A stretch of DNA of 64,000 nucleotides, from the IMG/VR virus record IMGVR_UViG_3300007735_000802; one strand, written 5' to 3'. Source of the DNA: a virus. Under the pieces are notes generated by a model. The model saw only the letters and a program-made list of their open reading frames with translations. It was not told where the DNA came from and did not search any database. This document shows, one piece after another, positions 10,371-19,622 of this stretch (positions are counted from its first letter, which is position 1; the number at the start of each line of letters is the position of its first letter). The position numbers and the translations under genes were made by a program.

Positions 10371-11189
10371 TTATCCTATCATGAAATCGACTGGTAATTC
10401 ATATGCCGATTCGAATTCTCGTTCTATTAATGCAATTTCTTGAAGTGCTTCTTGATATATTTGAGCACCCCTGAGTGTTATGCCACCGGGAAGTTGAACA
10501 CCGTCAAACTTTGCCATGTTTGCTCCCCATTGTCTCTTGATAAGTGCGGTAACATATTTTTTAAGCATACGATCATCGTATATTTTTGTCCATGTATCAG
10601 GATCAAGCATGGCATATGCTTCTATAATTAGATAATATCCAGCAGTTACTTCTGAATTTTGTTCATTTAATGCATCAATATAAATTCTATTTGTTACTTT
10701 ACTAAATCTTATTGATTTTTCTGGACTGAATATTTGTTCAATCAAACTAATGTAAGACATAGTCGATTGATATCCTGCCATTGGATTTGCTTGAGATCCA
10801 TTCAATCCTCTGTTAATTCCAAAGTAGTCAGTAAGTGCCAACTGATATCTAACATCAAACATATTAACACCTGTCATCAGCCCAAACCTGAAGACACGAA
10901 CCACTGAAACTATATCTGTTCCTGATGGACTGTCATTTACATCTCCGCTTGGTGGCAATATATCTTCAAGTTCAATATATCCTCTAGAAATATCTGCTTG
11001 AGTGACCTGATATTTAAAAAATGTTTTCTGAACACCATCAAAATGTCTGGTAGCAAAGTATTGAAGTGCTTCATCTAGACGATCTTCGCATTGCTGACGA
11101 TCTACATTGATTTCAAGTATGGGAGCACCAAGTGCTCTTAGACAATGATCTATTAATGTATCTCTTGAGGTAGGTGGTTCTGATCCCAT
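10371..11189 (-). CDS. gp13: Neck protein (T4 gp13-like)
   Basis: CLRALGAPILEINV, HFDG, YVTALIKRQWGANMAKFDGVQLPGG. Confidence 0.96.
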   Translation of the reverse strand: MGSEPPTSRDTLIDHCLRALGAPILEINVDRQQCEDRLDEALQYFATRHFDGVQKTFFKYQVTQADISRGYIELEDILPPSGDVNDSPSGTDIVSVVRVFRFGLMTGVNMFDVRYQLALTDYFGINRGLNGSQANPMAGYQSTMSYISLIEQIFSPEKSIRFSKVTNRIYIDALNEQNSEVTAGYYLIIEAYAMLDPDTWTKIYDDRMLKKYVTALIKRQWGANMAKFDGVQLPGGITLRGAQIYQEALQEIALIEREFESAYELPVDFMIG

Positions 11190-11191
11190 TT

Positions 11192-11228
11192 AAAAATCTC
11201 CATCTTTATTTATAAGATGGAGATTTTT
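11192..11228 (-). promoter_or_regulatory. 15-bp perfect hairpin covering the gp13 SD, with a late promoter TATAAATA (11207-11214) over the loop
   Basis: aaaaatctccatctt (11192-11206) / aagatggagattttt (11214-11228). Confidence 0.8.
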
Positions 11229-11231
11229 TTA

Positions 11232-11822
11232 TTATTTGGGATTTGTTGATTCTTCTGGTTTTGGACCTGGAGGTTCGTGTGAAGATACTTGAATCTTCTC
11301 AATTTCTTTATATGGTAGTTGTTCGATATACCATCTTCTTGTCACGGGATTTTGTGCTTCGTCTGGTTTTGACTTTTGATAATTTGAAAATCCTGGCATT
11401 TGCAACGGACATGAAAGTCTCGGATAGTCTAGTTTACTATACTCGTCACCTTCTGCCAGCAACCATGTTCCTTTTCTATCTCCACACCCACATCCACCAC
11501 AAAAGAATTTTCCTGGTGTTTCACTTCGTTTTAAATGTTCACATGGAGGGAGAATTCCACCCTGCGCCTTGTTTCCAAAACAACTCACAACTCTGAGTTG
11601 TTTCATTGGAATTGTTACTTTTTCGTTATTAAATCCTCTTGAAGCAATAGCGGTTGCAAAACTTTGCATCATGGTTAATTTTTCTTTAACCACATTTGTC
11701 TTTTGTATTTCTTCTGATCTAAATTCCACAGGTTGCTCTGTTGGTTGTGATATTGCCTGTGCTGGTTCCGCTTTTGGTTGTTCAGGATTTACATTATTTT
11801 TATTTTTACAATTGCAACCCAT
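11232..11822 (-). CDS. Cys-rich metal-binding protein (DUF6171-like CxxCGC...CP pattern)
   Basis: MGCNCK N-terminus; PCEHL...FCGGCGC...SCPL. Confidence 0.6.
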   Translation of the reverse strand: MGCNCKNKNNVNPEQPKAEPAQAISQPTEQPVEFRSEEIQKTNVVKEKLTMMQSFATAIASRGFNNEKVTIPMKQLRVVSCFGNKAQGGILPPCEHLKRSETPGKFFCGGCGCGDRKGTWLLAEGDEYSKLDYPRLSCPLQMPGFSNYQKSKPDEAQNPVTRRWYIEQLPYKEIEKIQVSSHEPPGPKPEESTNPK

Positions 11823-11832
11823 AATATACCTT

Positions 11833-13317
11833 TCATGTTAAAACAATTTTTCTAAAGAATAAAATATTCTGAGAAGTCTTGCTATTTACCAAATAAGTTT
11901 TGAAATTAGTTTCATAAGAATCACTTATTCCTATAGAATACAAGAACTTACTATTATATAGATCAGATACAGATGTGACTGAGTTTATATAATTTGAATT
12001 AAAGAAAGAAGAAGATAATAAATTACCCTTTTCGGTAATTCCATTTCTGTACAAATATGCAGCATAGAAATACAATTCATATATGGAAGGAATATAGTAA
12101 TCTATAAATCCTTTTCTTGCATTATATTTAATTGTATTTGTAAGTGCATTATTAATTCCTGGGAATGATGTATTTCCATAAGTGTTATAATATCCATCCC
12201 ACAAAGAAGTTCTATACACCACTTGCTCTTCATCATATTTAAAGAATGGTAAATATGTAAGAGTCTCGTCTACTATCAACGCCCATTGCTTATCAGTTCC
12301 ACCAACAGAATTACCAGTTACTGTTCCTAAAGATGGACTTCCAAAACTAAGATTTCCATATACTTGACTGCTCTTGCCATTCAGATATGGTGGTTTAAAT
12401 ATACCAATATATATTCCACCCTGAAATTTATCTCCAGCAGTTAATCCCTTTGAATTAAACTCAGACAATGTCATTGATTGTCGTGTAAATATTCCGTTTA
12501 CCTTTACTGGATCTTCTGGTTGATATGAATTTACACAAAATGCATTTGTTTCATCTGCACTCTCTACCCAATATCCATTACACATAGATTCATGAGTCAA
12601 TGTGCATTCATATTCGTTGTCACTATTTAAAGTATAACAAGAACCAATTGTATTTGCAGAATAGTTTGTTGTTGAAGTTATTAATTGTGTTTGAATATCT
12701 AATGTTGTACAATCTGTTGATCCACATCGGTCTGAATTAAATACAGACGGATATGCATCAGTAGTCAATCTTTCACAATCAATCGCAGTGCATACATTTG
12801 TGCATACAATGTCTGTAGGCCATCCAGTTACTGGATCAAAATCTAAATGACAACAACCTTTTGGTTTTCTAACATCTGTATTTGGAGCGTTAACACATCT
12901 ATATCTCCAATCATTTGTATCATTTGGGTTTGTATTCACTAATGTGTCTGGACATGAACCAGCAGTCCATTTGCCACCTCGTCTTGCACATTCACACCTA
13001 GTGATATTGCTTTGTGTACCAGAATCTAAATATGGTTGTGTTCCCCCAGATAGTGGTAAATCTGGAATTGAATCTAAATCTCCTGGTGTCACTCTAGAAC
13101 AAGAGCAGCAACAACCAAGTTGTAAGTCGGCATTTGGACATTCTACATTATCAATTGATCCCGTTATACCAGCGACGAAATGACCATTTTCTGTAAAGCA
13201 TTCAATAAATGACTTTATTGTTTTTGTGTTGTCTATTCCACAACACACTCCATAACTGTTTAGTTTTGGTGCATAGTTAATTGCTGGTTTGATGCGTGAT
13301 CTGAATTGTATTGACAT
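11833..13317 (-). CDS. Cys-rich fibre-associated protein with C-terminal DUF1566/C-lectin-like domain
   Basis: GxCC repeats; GDKFQGGIYIG, WALIV, DGYYNT and DYYIPSIYEL shared with paralogs. Confidence 0.65.
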   Translation of the reverse strand: MSIQFRSRIKPAINYAPKLNSYGVCCGIDNTKTIKSFIECFTENGHFVAGITGSIDNVECPNADLQLGCCCSCSRVTPGDLDSIPDLPLSGGTQPYLDSGTQSNITRCECARRGGKWTAGSCPDTLVNTNPNDTNDWRYRCVNAPNTDVRKPKGCCHLDFDPVTGWPTDIVCTNVCTAIDCERLTTDAYPSVFNSDRCGSTDCTTLDIQTQLITSTTNYSANTIGSCYTLNSDNEYECTLTHESMCNGYWVESADETNAFCVNSYQPEDPVKVNGIFTRQSMTLSEFNSKGLTAGDKFQGGIYIGIFKPPYLNGKSSQVYGNLSFGSPSLGTVTGNSVGGTDKQWALIVDETLTYLPFFKYDEEQVVYRTSLWDGYYNTYGNTSFPGINNALTNTIKYNARKGFIDYYIPSIYELYFYAAYLYRNGITEKGNLLSSSFFNSNYINSVTSVSDLYNSKFLYSIGISDSYETNFKTYLVNSKTSQNILFFRKIVLT

Positions 13318-13326
13318 ATGTTTCTC

Positions 13327-16300
13327 TTAACACGCTTCATAATCAGAACAATCGGAACCACATAAAATAGGAACACACAACTCTTCATTATTTATAGTTA
13401 TTTTTACATTTTTAATTGTTGTGTTTGTTGAATATCTGAATGTTAACGATGGAATACATGAAACTGATTCGTTTATAATTAAATTATCACAATTCACAAT
13501 TCTTTCAAGATCACATGGTGGACTAAATGTACCTGGAGGACCAACTTGACCAATTTGAGGACCATTATTGCATTCTTCAACACATTGTTGTGGTTCACAA
13601 GTTCCTGTTGCACAACAATCACATCCACCAGGATAACATTCATCTGGAGATCTACAAGGACCAGCAGCACAATCACATATAGTTGATGGAGCTACTTTAT
13701 ATCCAAATAACAAATGTGCTCTGTGATCAACATACTGCAATACTGGACAAGATAATGGACCACCACCACTACAGCACAAATCAGCCCAATGCCAACCATA
13801 TTGCCATGGTCCACCAAGTAATTGATCCGAACTTCCATTAGGCCACATGTTTAAATAAGACCATTCATTATTTACTATTGCTTGTGTTTTTGGTAAAAAT
13901 GTAGAATATGTTACTCTTACTTTTCCATCAAGCGATGGATCATAACATTCAACACCAAGAAGTTCTTTGTCTGGTCCAAGACCACAATCTAAAAACTTCT
14001 CATAAAGAATTTCTCCGAGTGTACCTTTTAATTCTGTTGGAGTTATTAATCCATTAGCTACTTTACTTCTCCAACCATTTTGAGTTCCAAAATAAATACT
14101 GTCTTGAGCTTCTGATACGCTTGCTCTGTTTTTGTCTGCGGTGTCAAATGATTGATTTTCAGCAAATTTTATAAAACCGCCATAAACTATTCCACCATTC
14201 AAATATGTTAATCCCGCTTCATAATATAAAGGATCGTGAATAATTCTTGTTTGTGTAGTTCCTAAATTGCATGGTCTATTATCTGTTGGATATTGCGTAT
14301 CTGAACTTTTCTTGAAAAACATTTGTCTTCCTGCTGGTTGATAATTTTGCAAGTAAACAATTGTCGAGTTGCTTTCTGGTATTGCAGCTCCTCCTTGATT
14401 TATTTTTCTAAGATTATGAAATCCTCGAAAATCAAATGTGTCAAAATATGTTTGTGGTTCAGTAGTTATTATCTGTACAGGTCTTGTTTTTGTACAAAAA
14501 AGACAATCTGTTGAATCAAATACATAATCTGCTGCAATAAAATTATCGCTGTCTACTGGATAGTTTGCAAAAAATCTTGCCTTATCCCACCATGCACCTC
14601 CAGATGCTTCACATTGTTCTCTATTTCTTGCTGCTGGATCGCAAATGCCATCAGTGCTATTTGGTGATTTTTTACAACAAATACCGGTATGATATTCTAT
14701 AGTTCCGCATGGTTGCGCCGAACATGTTATATCTTTTCTAAATGTTTGATTTGTTCCAGAACAATTTTGTCTTGTTACATTATCAGCGCATGTGAAATTA
14801 CCTGAAGTAGTTTCAGTACAACAAGATCCAGTTTCTACTTCAACAGTATCACCACATGTACATGCACAACTTATTTCACCACATTGCTTATTTGGTCCCA
14901 TAAAATATGTTTTGATTTGACCAGCAATTGTTCTATTCAAGCATCCAGTAAAAGTGTCAGAAACACATGTAGATGTTCCTGCTGCTATATCACATACACA
15001 ACATGCACCAACGACATTTGTTTGATCGCAGCAGTTTACATCTGCACATGTTCCTCCAGTTACAGAAAGACCACCAAGAATTAATTCACATTGAACTCTG
15101 GTATATCTTCCTAAACAAACTCCATCTTTACAGCAAACTGTTTGTTGTGAATCGCAAGGATCATAACAAAATCTTCCTTGTGCTTTTAATTCTTCTTCCG
15201 ACAAATCTCCGGGTGGATTGTTTGTTCCTGTTGAATTATTATAATCCGAACATGTAATTCCGGTCCAATATTGACCGCCGTATGCTTCACACAATGATAT
15301 CGAAAGTCCCTCTACACATGCACCACCAACGCAGCAAACTCCTCCAAGACCACATGTTTTGTCACATGCCAATCCTGGATTGAATGATCCAAATAATTTA
15401 TCACACTCTGATTTTGTAGAATAATCTCTGCATTCTTTTGTTCCATCGGGATTAGTAAAGCAGCAAGATCCATACAAATATCCAGGAATGCATTGTCTAT
15501 AGACATTTGTAACATTATGACCACGATGAGCAACTGTTGCTAACCATGTTTGACCAGCGTCATAACTCAATAATCCTATGATGTTTCTACCACACGATAG
15601 GTAGTTTTCACTTGGTTCAAAATAAACATTATCTGGAAATTTCCAAACATTATCAGAATCAATAAAGAGAGTGACGGATGCAATTTCACCCTCAATAAAT
15701 GTTCCTGTTAATCCTTGTATACCAATTGGTGTTTTGATATCAAAAGCACCAGCAACATCACAATCTAAAAATATACCAAGAGTAGTTCCAGTGGTAAAAT
15801 TCGGTTCTCCATATAGCCCAGAATATTGATCTTGTTTTACAGGACCAACAGTTTTAATTCTTGCTGCTGAATTGAGATGAATGGAAGTGTCTGAACTTGC
15901 ACCTGCATTTCCATCGGTAAACAAAAATTGAAATGCTCCAGAATATCCTGTTCCTTGTTGAATATTTAAATCGCCACCATATACAGTTGTTGTATTTCCA
16001 AGGTAAAGAATATTGCCATTTTGCATAGAAGCGGCATTATAATTTCCTGGAACATCATTTCCCCAATATATGCTGTCTATTGAAATGTATTCATTGTTTG
16101 GTCCTGTATATGATGCTCTGAGAGAACCATATGCAGATATACCTCTAAAATTAAATGTACCACCAGAAACATTCTTGAATAATGTTCTACCTCTTGATGC
16201 ATAAGTACCAAGACCAATGCTTTCTCCAAGAACAAGACCTACAGATTTATCATTTACTGTCGCTCCTCGAAACGACCCAATAATTTCAGCAGTAGATCCA

Positions 16301-16494
16301 TCAGAAAAATTTAATAGAATAGAATTAGCAAATGCAGAATAACTTGTATAATATTTTCCAGATGGACCCGTAGGACCAGTAGTTCCAGTAGAACCAGTTG
16401 GACCTATTCCACCGCTTGGACCTAACGGTCCAGCTGGACCTGTGATTCCATACGCTCTTGTGCTGCTTATTGAACTGCTACTCATGGATTGCAA
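13327..16494 (-). CDS. Collagen-like, Cys-repeat fibre protein
   Basis: N-terminal G-x-x repeats (GPTGSTGTTGPTG); many GSCC/GVCC/GACC/GICC units. Confidence 0.7.
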   Translation of the reverse strand: MQSMSSSSISSTRAYGITGPAGPLGPSGGIGPTGSTGTTGPTGPSGKYYTSYSAFANSILLNFSDGSTAEIIGSFRGATVNDKSVGLVLGESIGLGTYASRGRTLFKNVSGGTFNFRGISAYGSLRASYTGPNNEYISIDSIYWGNDVPGNYNAASMQNGNILYLGNTTTVYGGDLNIQQGTGYSGAFQFLFTDGNAGASSDTSIHLNSAARIKTVGPVKQDQYSGLYGEPNFTTGTTLGIFLDCDVAGAFDIKTPIGIQGLTGTFIEGEIASVTLFIDSDNVWKFPDNVYFEPSENYLSCGRNIIGLLSYDAGQTWLATVAHRGHNVTNVYRQCIPGYLYGSCCFTNPDGTKECRDYSTKSECDKLFGSFNPGLACDKTCGLGGVCCVGGACVEGLSISLCEAYGGQYWTGITCSDYNNSTGTNNPPGDLSEEELKAQGRFCYDPCDSQQTVCCKDGVCLGRYTRVQCELILGGLSVTGGTCADVNCCDQTNVVGACCVCDIAAGTSTCVSDTFTGCLNRTIAGQIKTYFMGPNKQCGEISCACTCGDTVEVETGSCCTETTSGNFTCADNVTRQNCSGTNQTFRKDITCSAQPCGTIEYHTGICCKKSPNSTDGICDPAARNREQCEASGGAWWDKARFFANYPVDSDNFIAADYVFDSTDCLFCTKTRPVQIITTEPQTYFDTFDFRGFHNLRKINQGGAAIPESNSTIVYLQNYQPAGRQMFFKKSSDTQYPTDNRPCNLGTTQTRIIHDPLYYEAGLTYLNGGIVYGGFIKFAENQSFDTADKNRASVSEAQDSIYFGTQNGWRSKVANGLITPTELKGTLGEILYEKFLDCGLGPDKELLGVECYDPSLDGKVRVTYSTFLPKTQAIVNNEWSYLNMWPNGSSDQLLGGPWQYGWHWADLCCSGGGPLSCPVLQYVDHRAHLLFGYKVAPSTICDCAAGPCRSPDECYPGGCDCCATGTCEPQQCVEECNNGPQIGQVGPPGTFSPPCDLERIVNCDNLIINESVSCIPSLTFRYSTNTTIKNVKITINNEELCVPILCGSDCSDYEAC

Positions 16495-19400
16495 TTGCCT
16501 CCAAGAACATCAAGACACGAATTACAATTATTGCTAAATGTTATACCACTTGTAGGTATACCATATTGATTTGAAGAACTTGCTGCGGTGAAAAAATATT
16601 GCGTACATGTCACAACTATAGGAATTCTTCTCACTGGTCGTAAAGCGGCACTCTTGCTGTTTCTATTTCTACATTTCATCATGCCCAACTCGTTTTGATT
16701 TTGACCTTCTGTTAAATCAAATACTTGAGTTAACATTTTTTGTCCATTTGCAATTTTCATTGTATATCTATACGCTTCATCTGCATTTAATCCAAATGAA
16801 TTGTTGCTTGTTATTCTATTTGATGCAAGATATGGTTCTATTTGAGAATCAATTGGTTCTAGTCGATATGAATCTTTATTTAATGGATCAAACGCATCCC
16901 ATTCTTTGAGTCTGGTCACACTTGTAGAACTCCAATATTCATTTTCTCCAATTATTTGATCACCATTTACTGCAAGGGATGCATTTAATTCCTCAAGATT
17001 GTAGTACATGTAATTTAATTCAACAATGCTTGGAACATACCAATCGTTGTGACCATATAATCCAGATTCATTAATTTGAGAAATTTGTCTCATTGCTGAA
17101 TCTTGTGGATTTTTTCTAGACCACATTTCAGCAAACGCTTGATTGTGTATAATTGGATTTGTGTTTATATCATTTTTATTATAGATAGAGCTCCACGCTG
17201 GACCATTTCCAAACGAAAATTCAGTATAGCAGTTGCTAAATTGTGGATTACTAAGATTAAACCATGGATTTTGTATTCCTTTAAATGCACTGGAATCATG
17301 CATTCTTGTATTTACAAGACCATCTACTGTAAATGTTGGAACACTTCTTCTTGAAATTTCAGAAGGAGATCCGTCACTATTTGCAAGATTTCCTCCTTGC
17401 ATCATACCCCAACTTATTTTTCTAGATCCACCATATTCAACATCTTCAGGACCAACAATCAATGCCCACATGACATGAATTGCTGTTGGTCCATAAATTA
17501 TTGGAGCAAGTACCGAATAATCAGAGTTGTTTAAATCTCCAATATTTTCATTTGCCAATCCAGAATTTTTCAAACTATATGAATATGCTCCGCGATTTGG
17601 TGTATAACTGTTAGAACCTTCAAATAAAATTTCATTAGGCCATGTAATTCCATTTAAACTATATGCTTGTTGAACATATGGAATACCGGACTTTACCAAG
17701 CAATTTGTATTTAAAGATTTTACTGGTAGTGTTTCAGGGAAAGTTCTTGCAAAGTAAAGTATATTACCAGCATTATCAGCACCTGATACACCTTTGCAAG
17801 TCTTGCAGCGATATGTTGGTGGGACATTTGCTAAATTTCCTCTTGGATTTATTAGACATTCTAATGGTTCTCCAATTGCCAAATTTGGATTTGAATATGA
17901 AGAGCATGGATTTGGCATACCAATAAATCCAGCAAAATAACCACCACCAATTTTATCTCCAATATTTAAACAAGAATATATTTGATCATTGAATGGTTTA
18001 CATGCATTTGCTTGCGGACCATTAAAGAATTCCGCTGAGTATGAAGAACCACAACAAGTTACCTCAGCACAAACTGTTCCAGCACCTTGAAATACTTTTC
18101 CTGGACCCATACAGTCTTTTGGTAATTTTCCATTTTGACATCCTGTATCTGTACAACATGCTCCCTTAAGACGAGGATCTGCACAGCAATTTGGATCACT
18201 TATTTCTGATTCACAAGTAGAACCGGAAACAAAGAATGAATTAAATATAGATGCACAATCTTGTTGTGATAAATTAAAACACCTACCAGATACACAACAC
18301 TTTCCTAATTGTGCTGTACCTGTGTTGCATATATTAGATGGACAATTAAATATTGTTCCATCGACCCAAACATTTCCACAAGATCTTCCAAGATTAAAAT
18401 TTCCCTTTACTTGATTGCAACGCTCTTGTGTGGTATTAATGCATGTTGAACGATTTATCGTATAGTCATAAACACAACAAGCACCTTCGGTATAACAATC
18501 ACTTCCACTTTCTCGTTCACTGCAACCAGTTTGTGAAAATACTCCTGATATTGCTGCACAATAATCAGATGAAACATAATCTAAACAAATTTTATCAGAA
18601 GTTGCAGTGTTTTTACAATAACAACAAGAACCAATATTTGGTCGTCTTAAAAGTTGTGGTTTATATGTGTTTGTGTATGATATACCTGTGCTTCCTATGA
18701 AAACTATTTGTTCCATAGTTGCGCCACTTGTTGCACCAAATACTATTTTTTGACCAAGAGAAATATATGAACTTGTTAGTGAATCAAATGCTGGTCTAAA
18801 TCCATTGGTTCCTGGTATTGCTATAAAATCAGGAGATATAGTATTAATCAATATTGAAGTTAAAAATGTTCCACCAGTTCTTCCACCATAATTATTCAAT
18901 GAAACAGGACTTGGATTAAATATTGGATTTGCACCAGCAGAAACATTCCAGTTTCTTGTTTGTGTTAAAGATTCACGAAAGAAAGGTTGATCTATTATAA
19001 GTTGTCTTTCTTCTGCTACCCATTCTGTGTTTGGTGCTGCTGCTGCTTTAAGTGGAGTTGTTCCAAATCCTGCATTGTTGTTAATGTACAATAGTTCACC
19101 AGTATTACCTAGAGGAATATTAACATCAGCAACTGTAGCACCAAAAATGTATATAAAGTTATTGTCTGAACTTATTCCAAGATCTCCATCCGATGGTTCT
19201 CTAAATGGATTTGGTATTGATCCTGTTATTCTAAAACTTTTAAACTGTGCAGTTTCACCAGCAGCATATGAAGTTATTGGTGCTGAATTTAAATCACCAG
19301 GAATAAATCTAGTAGAAACAGAAGTTGGGGAATATGTTCCAAGTTGTGCTATGCTATAGAATTCTGTTCCATTTGCAGAACCAGCAGACCCTTGAAGATT

Positions 19401-19622
19401 ATCAAATGTAAATGCAAAAGTTCCACTATAGAAATAAATTGATGTAGAATTTCCAGTAACACCCGAAATTCCTGCACCTGTTGTTCCTGTAGGACCAATA
19501 GGACCAGTTGGACCTTCTGGTCCAGTATCTCCAGTTGGACCTTTTGGTCCACATGCTCCTGGATTTGCACCAGGTATTGAACCAACTATAATTCTCTTAA
19601 TAGATGAAGATCCGTATATCAT
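16482..19622 (-). CDS. Collagen-like, Cys-repeat fibre protein with DUF1566/C-lectin-like C-terminus
   Basis: GPT repeats; GACC units; NDWYVPSIVEL, YWSST, LRPVRRI. Confidence 0.72.
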   Translation of the reverse strand: MIYGSSSIKRIIVGSIPGANPGACGPKGPTGDTGPEGPTGPIGPTGTTGAGISGVTGNSTSIYFYSGTFAFTFDNLQGSAGSANGTEFYSIAQLGTYSPTSVSTRFIPGDLNSAPITSYAAGETAQFKSFRITGSIPNPFREPSDGDLGISSDNNFIYIFGATVADVNIPLGNTGELLYINNNAGFGTTPLKAAAAPNTEWVAEERQLIIDQPFFRESLTQTRNWNVSAGANPIFNPSPVSLNNYGGRTGGTFLTSILINTISPDFIAIPGTNGFRPAFDSLTSSYISLGQKIVFGATSGATMEQIVFIGSTGISYTNTYKPQLLRRPNIGSCCYCKNTATSDKICLDYVSSDYCAAISGVFSQTGCSERESGSDCYTEGACCVYDYTINRSTCINTTQERCNQVKGNFNLGRSCGNVWVDGTIFNCPSNICNTGTAQLGKCCVSGRCFNLSQQDCASIFNSFFVSGSTCESEISDPNCCADPRLKGACCTDTGCQNGKLPKDCMGPGKVFQGAGTVCAEVTCCGSSYSAEFFNGPQANACKPFNDQIYSCLNIGDKIGGGYFAGFIGMPNPCSSYSNPNLAIGEPLECLINPRGNLANVPPTYRCKTCKGVSGADNAGNILYFARTFPETLPVKSLNTNCLVKSGIPYVQQAYSLNGITWPNEILFEGSNSYTPNRGAYSYSLKNSGLANENIGDLNNSDYSVLAPIIYGPTAIHVMWALIVGPEDVEYGGSRKISWGMMQGGNLANSDGSPSEISRRSVPTFTVDGLVNTRMHDSSAFKGIQNPWFNLSNPQFSNCYTEFSFGNGPAWSSIYNKNDINTNPIIHNQAFAEMWSRKNPQDSAMRQISQINESGLYGHNDWYVPSIVELNYMYYNLEELNASLAVNGDQIIGENEYWSSTSVTRLKEWDAFDPLNKDSYRLEPIDSQIEPYLASNRITSNNSFGLNADEAYRYTMKIANGQKMLTQVFDLTEGQNQNELGMMKCRNRNSKSAALRPVRRIPIVVTCTQYFFTAASSSNQYGIPTSGITFSNNCNSCLDVLGGNCNP

